Positions 38,796 to 44,080 of a stretch of 44,080 bases of DNA are shown in pieces. The position numbers and the translations under genes were made by a program. Numbering within the stretch: the first letter of the stretch is position 1; each line of letters starts with the position of its first letter. Under the pieces are notes generated by a model, which made no database searches, was not told where the DNA came from, and saw only the letters and a list, made by a program, of their open reading frames with translations. Origin of the DNA: Polynucleobacter sp. (lineage in GTDB: Bacteria; Pseudomonadota; Gammaproteobacteria; Burkholderiales; Burkholderiaceae); the NCBI GenBank assembly GCA_044236575.1, contig JBIIGG010000001.1:1-44080 (forward strand), read 5' to 3'.

Positions 38796-41120
38796 ATGAG
38801 TGCGACTAAATTAACTTCAACCTTGTTTGGGTTTGCAATTCTACTATCAGGGTTTGCTGCTCTATGTTATCAAGTTGTGTGGCAGCGAGTATTGACACAG
38901 TCTATCGGTTCCGATGCAACCGCTACTGTATTGATCGTCACCATATTTATGTTTTGGTTAGGTGTTGGCGCAGCTCTGTCACAGATCCTACTTCGCCACT
39001 CCCGTCGGCGTGTGGCTTTCTCATATGCTGCCATTGAGTTTTTAATCGCGTTCTGCGGACTTGTCTCGATACCTGTTTTACGAGCTGCCAATGCGGCTCT
39101 CGCAGGGCTGGGTATAGATTCTGTGTGGGTGGATTTTTTCCTTAATATGTTGGTGCTAGCCCTACCCATTATTGGTATGGGAATGACTAGCCCGTTGATT
39201 GTGCATATTGCTCGCCAAGCCTTGGGCAATTTCGGCCGAACAGTTGGCTCTTTGTATGGTCTCAATATACTTGGAGCTGCCACTGGGGCGATCGTGTGTG
39301 GATTGGTGCTCATTGAATGGCTTGGTTTGCAGGGGGTGACGATGCTTGCTGCCATCCTCAATCTAATTGCTGCGGCCGCTGCGCTACTAGCCATACGAAG
39401 ACTTCCGCTAGAAGCTATCTTAAACTTGCATCATAAACGCTTATCTTTTGGGCGCATAGATGTTGCAGCAGTATTGTTTGGTTTTGGTACCTTGGCAATG
39501 CAGGTACTATTTTTTCGAATTTTGCATGCTTATCTAACCCTTTCAACGCTGGTTTTTCCGCTGGTGTTGTGTGCTTACCTACTGCTAATGTCTTCAGGCC
39601 AGTGGTTAGGTGGTTGGCTAGCTGATCGCTTCACAAAAAAACTTACTGTAGTGTCAGCTGCGTTGTTCACTGCAGGTTCTGCTCTGATGGTCTTGGCGCT
39701 GAATATGCCGCCCAGTTGGGCCATACCTTTTAATGCATTACGCTTCACCTCCTTCAACGGCCAGCTAGTGTCCGAGCATGCCCACCTGATTGGTGATCCC
39801 CAGGTGCTGGGAGCCTTCTCCTTTTCATTACTATTTATGCTGTCGGTAATCCCCTGGTCAGCATTGTTCCCTGTCCTACTGAAAGCTGCCACTCGCCATA
39901 TTGATGAGGCTGGGGCTAGCTTCGGTCGCCTCTATGGAATGTATACGATTGGGAATGTGGTTGGCGCCTTTCTTACCGGCACCCTGATTTTTGCCTGGGT
40001 GGGCACGCCCGGCGCCGCTATCTCTGCTATTGCCATTGTGGGATCTGGTGCTTGGTTATTGGCGAATATGCATGTGGAGGCGCTCGCTATGCCATCTTGG
40101 TTTAGCAGAGGTCTGATTAGCGCTGGTTTGCTAATAGTGTTTCTAGTGCCATTAAATTACTATGGCAAGTTTGAGCTTGGCAACTATAAAGTTGTAGATG
40201 TTTTTGAAGGTCGGGTTGGTGTTGTGACCGTCACTCCCCATGCAACTGCGTTCTATTCAATTATCGATATGAGTCGCACTGCCTCAGCTTCTGCTTTGGT
40301 GCGTGACCCAGGCCCAGGGGATCATTATGAAGCCTGGCGATGGAATCACACTGAGCTGCTAGCGCTTGATCCCACTTTCCGACCTCGCCGTATTTTGGTA
40401 ATTGGTATTGGTCATGCCTATCTTCCACATGCTCTGCTAGATTTGCCTTCGGTAGAGGAAATAGTGGTGGTGGATTTATCCCCGGAAATAGTGGCTGCAG
40501 TGAAGAAGCACACAAATAGTTCAACTAGTCGCGTCTTTACAGACCCTCGGGTGAAGATTCTTTATGGCGATGGTCGCCGTTACGTCCAGTCTGCGCTTAA
40601 ACGCGGGGACCATTTTGATCTCGTCCAGATCAAAATCAACGAGCCTTGGCACTCAGGCGCTAGTAATTTATTTACGGTGGAATTTTTTCGAATGGTTAAG
40701 GAGTTGCTTGCGGACGGCGGCTACTTAGGTGTGCGGCCATTATTTGGTCACCTATCCGATGGTCTTCAGGTTTTTGATGGGGCACTATTCCCAGGTTATT
40801 ATCATCTCTTCTTCAAAAATGGCAAAATCCAGCCAGCCAGCCAGGCTATTATTTCTCAAGACATCGCTTCTGCGTGGCAGCGTCAAATACCTGGAACCGA
40901 TCAGGTGGATTCAACACATCCTTCCACGCTTGAGGTAATGGAGTTTTATCCGGGATCTGCACCACAAGTGGACTCGAATACTGACGATCATCCTACATTT
41001 GAATACTATTGGCTTCGTAAACGCTTAGGTACTTGGATTTCACCGCGAGAAAGTTTGGATAGCCCACGTTTTGATAAATACCGGCGAACTGTTCCAGTTC
41101 TCATATCTCCGCAGAAATAA
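38796..41120 (+). CDS. Fused MFS-like membrane domain / spermidine-synthase-fold SAM-binding protein
   Basis: SGFAALCYQVVW.R, VGSLYGLN.LGAA.G; two 6-TM repeats plus a 13th TM; C-terminal RILVIGIG, VVDLSPEIV, DPRV....DGRRYV, NLFTVEFF. Confidence 0.8.
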   Translation: MSATKLTSTLFGFAILLSGFAALCYQVVWQRVLTQSIGSDATATVLIVTIFMFWLGVGAALSQILLRHSRRRVAFSYAAIEFLIAFCGLVSIPVLRAANAALAGLGIDSVWVDFFLNMLVLALPIIGMGMTSPLIVHIARQALGNFGRTVGSLYGLNILGAATGAIVCGLVLIEWLGLQGVTMLAAILNLIAAAAALLAIRRLPLEAILNLHHKRLSFGRIDVAAVLFGFGTLAMQVLFFRILHAYLTLSTLVFPLVLCAYLLLMSSGQWLGGWLADRFTKKLTVVSAALFTAGSALMVLALNMPPSWAIPFNALRFTSFNGQLVSEHAHLIGDPQVLGAFSFSLLFMLSVIPWSALFPVLLKAATRHIDEAGASFGRLYGMYTIGNVVGAFLTGTLIFAWVGTPGAAISAIAIVGSGAWLLANMHVEALAMPSWFSRGLISAGLLIVFLVPLNYYGKFELGNYKVVDVFEGRVGVVTVTPHATAFYSIIDMSRTASASALVRDPGPGDHYEAWRWNHTELLALDPTFRPRRILVIGIGHAYLPHALLDLPSVEEIVVVDLSPEIVAAVKKHTNSSTSRVFTDPRVKILYGDGRRYVQSALKRGDHFDLVQIKINEPWHSGASNLFTVEFFRMVKELLADGGYLGVRPLFGHLSDGLQVFDGALFPGYYHLFFKNGKIQPASQAIISQDIASAWQRQIPGTDQVDSTHPSTLEVMEFYPGSAPQVDSNTDDHPTFEYYWLRKRLGTWISPRESLDSPRFDKYRRTVPVLISPQK

Positions 41121-41148
41121 ACAATCTGTTGACATTTAATAAACAAGG

Positions 41149-43017
41149 ATGCTTATGCCGTACTTTGCCGCTCTATCATTGACAAGGTATTTGGTGCTTG
41201 CGTTGTTGACTACCCTTTGTTTTGTTGGTGGGCAGGTACATGCGAACCCAGCGCCGGTAATGGTTGTCAGTACTCCGCCCGCATTGATGGATCAATCCGT
41301 GCCAAGCGTACCGGAGGTTTTGGAACTTCCCGGAGCTGATAAAGGTGTTGTCATTTATGCATCATCTCATTGGCGAGTGCTAAGGAGGGTGCCTAGTGGC
41401 TACCTTGATGTCTATGTAGCGGATGGTGGTAACTGGCGTCGTCTGGAGCTCGACCTCGAGTGGCGCCGTAATACGCACCCGATGCTAGCAATGGAATCCC
41501 CCGTGGGGTTGTTCTTGGTTGGTTATGACGTAGTCTCTAACCTTCCATCTGGACGCCGTCTGGAAGGGGTGCGTGAAGGATTCGACCTTTATTTAATTAA
41601 GGCTACCGATAAGGGACAGTCGAAACGTTTAGCGGAAAATCTGCAACTAGGTGGAATAGATACGCTGCTATATGGTGTTGTGCGTGGTCAGCAAGTTGAC
41701 CTGTGCGGCAGCAACCGGTGCTTAACGGTCAAGCCCAGAGGTAAGGTTGTGACCTGGGAGCTTGGAGTGTTGGTCCCATATGATTTGGTGGAGCTTTCAT
41801 TCCGCGGTCAAGCTCAAGGTGCTGTGGCTCTGGTTCGAAAAAAAACCATTGAAAAACTAGATACGCATTCACCCATCCCTTCCGAACCCTTTCAGTTGGC
41901 CATACTTACACCAACCGGCGTAGTTTTACAGTCACTCCCGGTAAATCAGGGAACCCCGTGGGGGGTTGAGTGGCAGGGAGACTCTGTTGTGCTGCGGATT
42001 GCGCGTCGAGAAGCTGACTATAGAGCGGTGTTACGCTACGATCTAGCGCGCATGCCTTTTTCTGGCGTAATGGATTTTGGTGTCAATAATCATGAAGGAC
42101 GAGTAGCTTGGAGTCAGGTCTATTACCTGCAGGGTCTTGTTAGTTTGTTGCAGGCGCATCCAGTAACTGATGAATCTCTGAATGCTGCTGTACGGAAACG
42201 TCTAGAGGCAGAAGTCGATTACATCGCGCGCCTTACCAGAAATGACTACCCTGGTCTTGCGGCGCGTCGCTACTCCATCGATCGGGAAGCCCTCCCGTTT
42301 GCTTTGCATTTGGGGCGCGTTGCCCATCTTCTGGGTAACGTGAAAGACGCCGGCGTATCAGACGCAACCATGAAGAGTGCATTATCTGCTCTTGAGCAGA
42401 AGCTACTAACGCTTGATGATACAGTCGAGCAGCAAATATTACTTTCTGCTGTGGATAATGGCTTGCCTACACTCGCCTATCGCCGTGGTCTGCCTTTTTG
42501 GGCTGATGGGGCAAACGTGCCCCACAACTATGTATCGGGCTATATGTCGGGCCTTTTGGCTGATGGCGGCATAAGCGGCATACAACGTTCACGACAGCTA
42601 GCCAGATTCATTTTGGACTCAGAATTTAGTGGAAAATTGCCTGTTACCTGGCGCTACTGGGCTGCTACTGGGGGTACTGGGTGGAAGGAGCAGAGTGGCA
42701 TTTCACTGAATACGCCCGCTTGGGTAGGGGACCGCGGGGCTTTAGCTCACATTACCTATCGTAGTATGGACGCAGTTTCGCTGGCTCAGTTAGAGCGGCT
42801 GGCACCTCCGGGTGTAGTTTCCCAGAAGCTTATTGAGCACTTTGCCGCCCTGACTGCGCGAGGTTGGTTATTACCTTTTGTTAACGAGGAACTGCGCATC
42901 AAGGATCGCGCTCGACCCCTCGAAGAAACTGTCGCACGATACTACTCTCGTAGTGCTGCTGTTTGGGAGCTGCAGTCGCAGACGGCTGCTTTACGTGATT
43001 TGTTAGCAAAACCATGA
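41149..43017 (+). CDS. Hypothetical secreted/periplasmic protein, 622 aa
   Basis: Long ORF co-oriented in the operon; signal-peptide-like N-terminus ending VHA/NPAP; no family recognised. Confidence 0.75.
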   Translation: MLMPYFAALSLTRYLVLALLTTLCFVGGQVHANPAPVMVVSTPPALMDQSVPSVPEVLELPGADKGVVIYASSHWRVLRRVPSGYLDVYVADGGNWRRLELDLEWRRNTHPMLAMESPVGLFLVGYDVVSNLPSGRRLEGVREGFDLYLIKATDKGQSKRLAENLQLGGIDTLLYGVVRGQQVDLCGSNRCLTVKPRGKVVTWELGVLVPYDLVELSFRGQAQGAVALVRKKTIEKLDTHSPIPSEPFQLAILTPTGVVLQSLPVNQGTPWGVEWQGDSVVLRIARREADYRAVLRYDLARMPFSGVMDFGVNNHEGRVAWSQVYYLQGLVSLLQAHPVTDESLNAAVRKRLEAEVDYIARLTRNDYPGLAARRYSIDREALPFALHLGRVAHLLGNVKDAGVSDATMKSALSALEQKLLTLDDTVEQQILLSAVDNGLPTLAYRRGLPFWADGANVPHNYVSGYMSGLLADGGISGIQRSRQLARFILDSEFSGKLPVTWRYWAATGGTGWKEQSGISLNTPAWVGDRGALAHITYRSMDAVSLAQLERLAPPGVVSQKLIEHFAALTARGWLLPFVNEELRIKDRARPLEETVARYYSRSAAVWELQSQTAALRDLLAKP

Positions 43018-43166
43018 CATATAGAAGTATTGCGGATACGTTTATCCGCTAAATCGTAAGGATCATCCGCAAGACACATTAAATATATGCATGCTTAATA
43101 AGTGAATCAAAAATTAAAATTACCCTTAGTCAACTTTCGAAAAATTATTATCTAAAGCACGTAGCC

Positions 43167-44080
43167 GTGTTGCTGTCCGGTACTGTGCTGGCGCAACTTT
43201 TATCACTGCTAGCTTCCCCTGTATTGACGAGGATCTATGCTCCTGAGGCATTCGGTAAGTTAGCCATTTTTGTTTCAATTGTTGCTGTTTTATCTCCAGG
43301 CATTGGCGGGCGTTATGAAATGGCTGCGGTAGTATCTCCAAAAACTAGTGAGGCTCGCGACTTTGTCTTTATAGCTAAATGGGTGACCACTATTTTATGT
43401 TTGTTGATATTGTTGCTTCTGATGGTTGCACTCTCGCCTCTAGTGGAGTTAATGAATGCGAAAGTTTTGGGAGGGTGGATATGGTTGATACCACTGGCCC
43501 TCTTTTTGACAAGTGCTATTACCATACTTCGCTCATGGGCAAACGCTATTAAAAAGTATGCCCCAATAAGCGTTTCCAGTGTCGTTCAAGTTCTTGGTGT
43601 GGCACTTCTTGCCATTACGCTTGGGTTTACACAAGCCCTAAATGATGGATTGTTGTATGCTAATTTGTTCGGACTTATCTTAACCTGCTCTTACTTGGGG
43701 TATGTTTTTAGAGATTTATTTCGTAACTATGAATGGTGCTGGAACAAGCGTAGATGGAAGCTTGCATTGCTTCACAAGGAGTATCCAATTGTGAATGCAA
43801 CTACTAGCACCCTAAATGGATTTATGACTTCGCTGCCTGTTTTTTTTATTGCGTTCTATTTTTCACAAGATATCGTTGGTTTTTACGCACTTCTCATTCG
43901 AGTTGGGGTTGCGCCCTTAAGCTTCATATCAGAAGCAATTTCTCAGGTAAATCTAAAAAAAATTGCAGAGTTAATTCATCAAAAACAGAATCCAATACCT
44001 TATTTTCGAAAAGTAACATTGGCGCTATTGGCTATAGCCTCAGTTCCGTCAGCAATATTCATTTTGTTTGCCCCAGAAAT
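43167..44080 (+). CDS. wzx: Wzx-type oligosaccharide flippase, partial (runs off window; start uncertain; absent from ORF track)
   Basis: Hand translation VLLSGTVLAQLLSLLASPVLTRIYAPEAFG..GRYEMA..VGFYAL..P; frame open from 43083 to window end. Confidence 0.88.
   Translation, partial: MLLSGTVLAQLLSLLASPVLTRIYAPEAFGKLAIFVSIVAVLSPGIGGRYEMAAVVSPKTSEARDFVFIAKWVTTILCLLILLLLMVALSPLVELMNAKVLGGWIWLIPLALFLTSAITILRSWANAIKKYAPISVSSVVQVLGVALLAITLGFTQALNDGLLYANLFGLILTCSYLGYVFRDLFRNYEWCWNKRRWKLALLHKEYPIVNATTSTLNGFMTSLPVFFIAFYFSQDIVGFYALLIRVGVAPLSFISEAISQVNLKKIAELIHQKQNPIPYFRKVTLALLAIASVPSAIFILFAPE

Noticed and set aside
38870-39394. 174-aa minus-strand ORF and the other short overlapping ORFs in the track
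   Set aside because: Antisense or alternate-frame shadows of well-supported genes

Overview
Bacterial chromosomal window, most likely a Burkholderiaceae betaproteobacterium such as Polynucleobacter (inferred from gene order and protein style, not database-checked). Left part (1-18.8 kb): core genes (hemJ, THUMP RNA methyltransferase, rubredoxin, hemL, apaH, photolyase, YdcF, yqgE/algH, ruvX, pyrR, pyrB) interrupted at three sites by toxin-antitoxin modules: three HipBA-like pairs, Xre-RES, YefM-YoeB, PemIK/MazEF, and an orphan AbiEi-like gene whose partner is cut to 14 codons. No integrase or transposase is visible. A diverged second copy of the ruvX 3' end flanks the PemIK module, and ruvX has an in-frame TAG between its natural-looking ATG and its first catalytic motif. 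Right part (18.8-44 kb): an LPS/O-antigen locus with glycosyltransferases, an O-antigen ligase-like protein, rfbBDAC, waaC, three soluble methyltransferases, manC, a Wzz-like protein with a perfect (AACACC)16 microsatellite, a TviB/WbpO-like dehydrogenase plus wbpB-wbpD-wbpE, and wzx. Best candidate for an undescribed system: a two-gene module between wbpE and wzx, made of a 13-TM MFS-like transporter fused to a predicted periplasmic spermidine-synthase-fold domain with non-canonical catalytic motifs, plus a secreted 622-aa unknown protein. It may be an extracytoplasmic SAM-dependent glycan-tailoring unit (inference). Second candidate: integrase-free stacking of TA cassettes at the ruvX 3' end.
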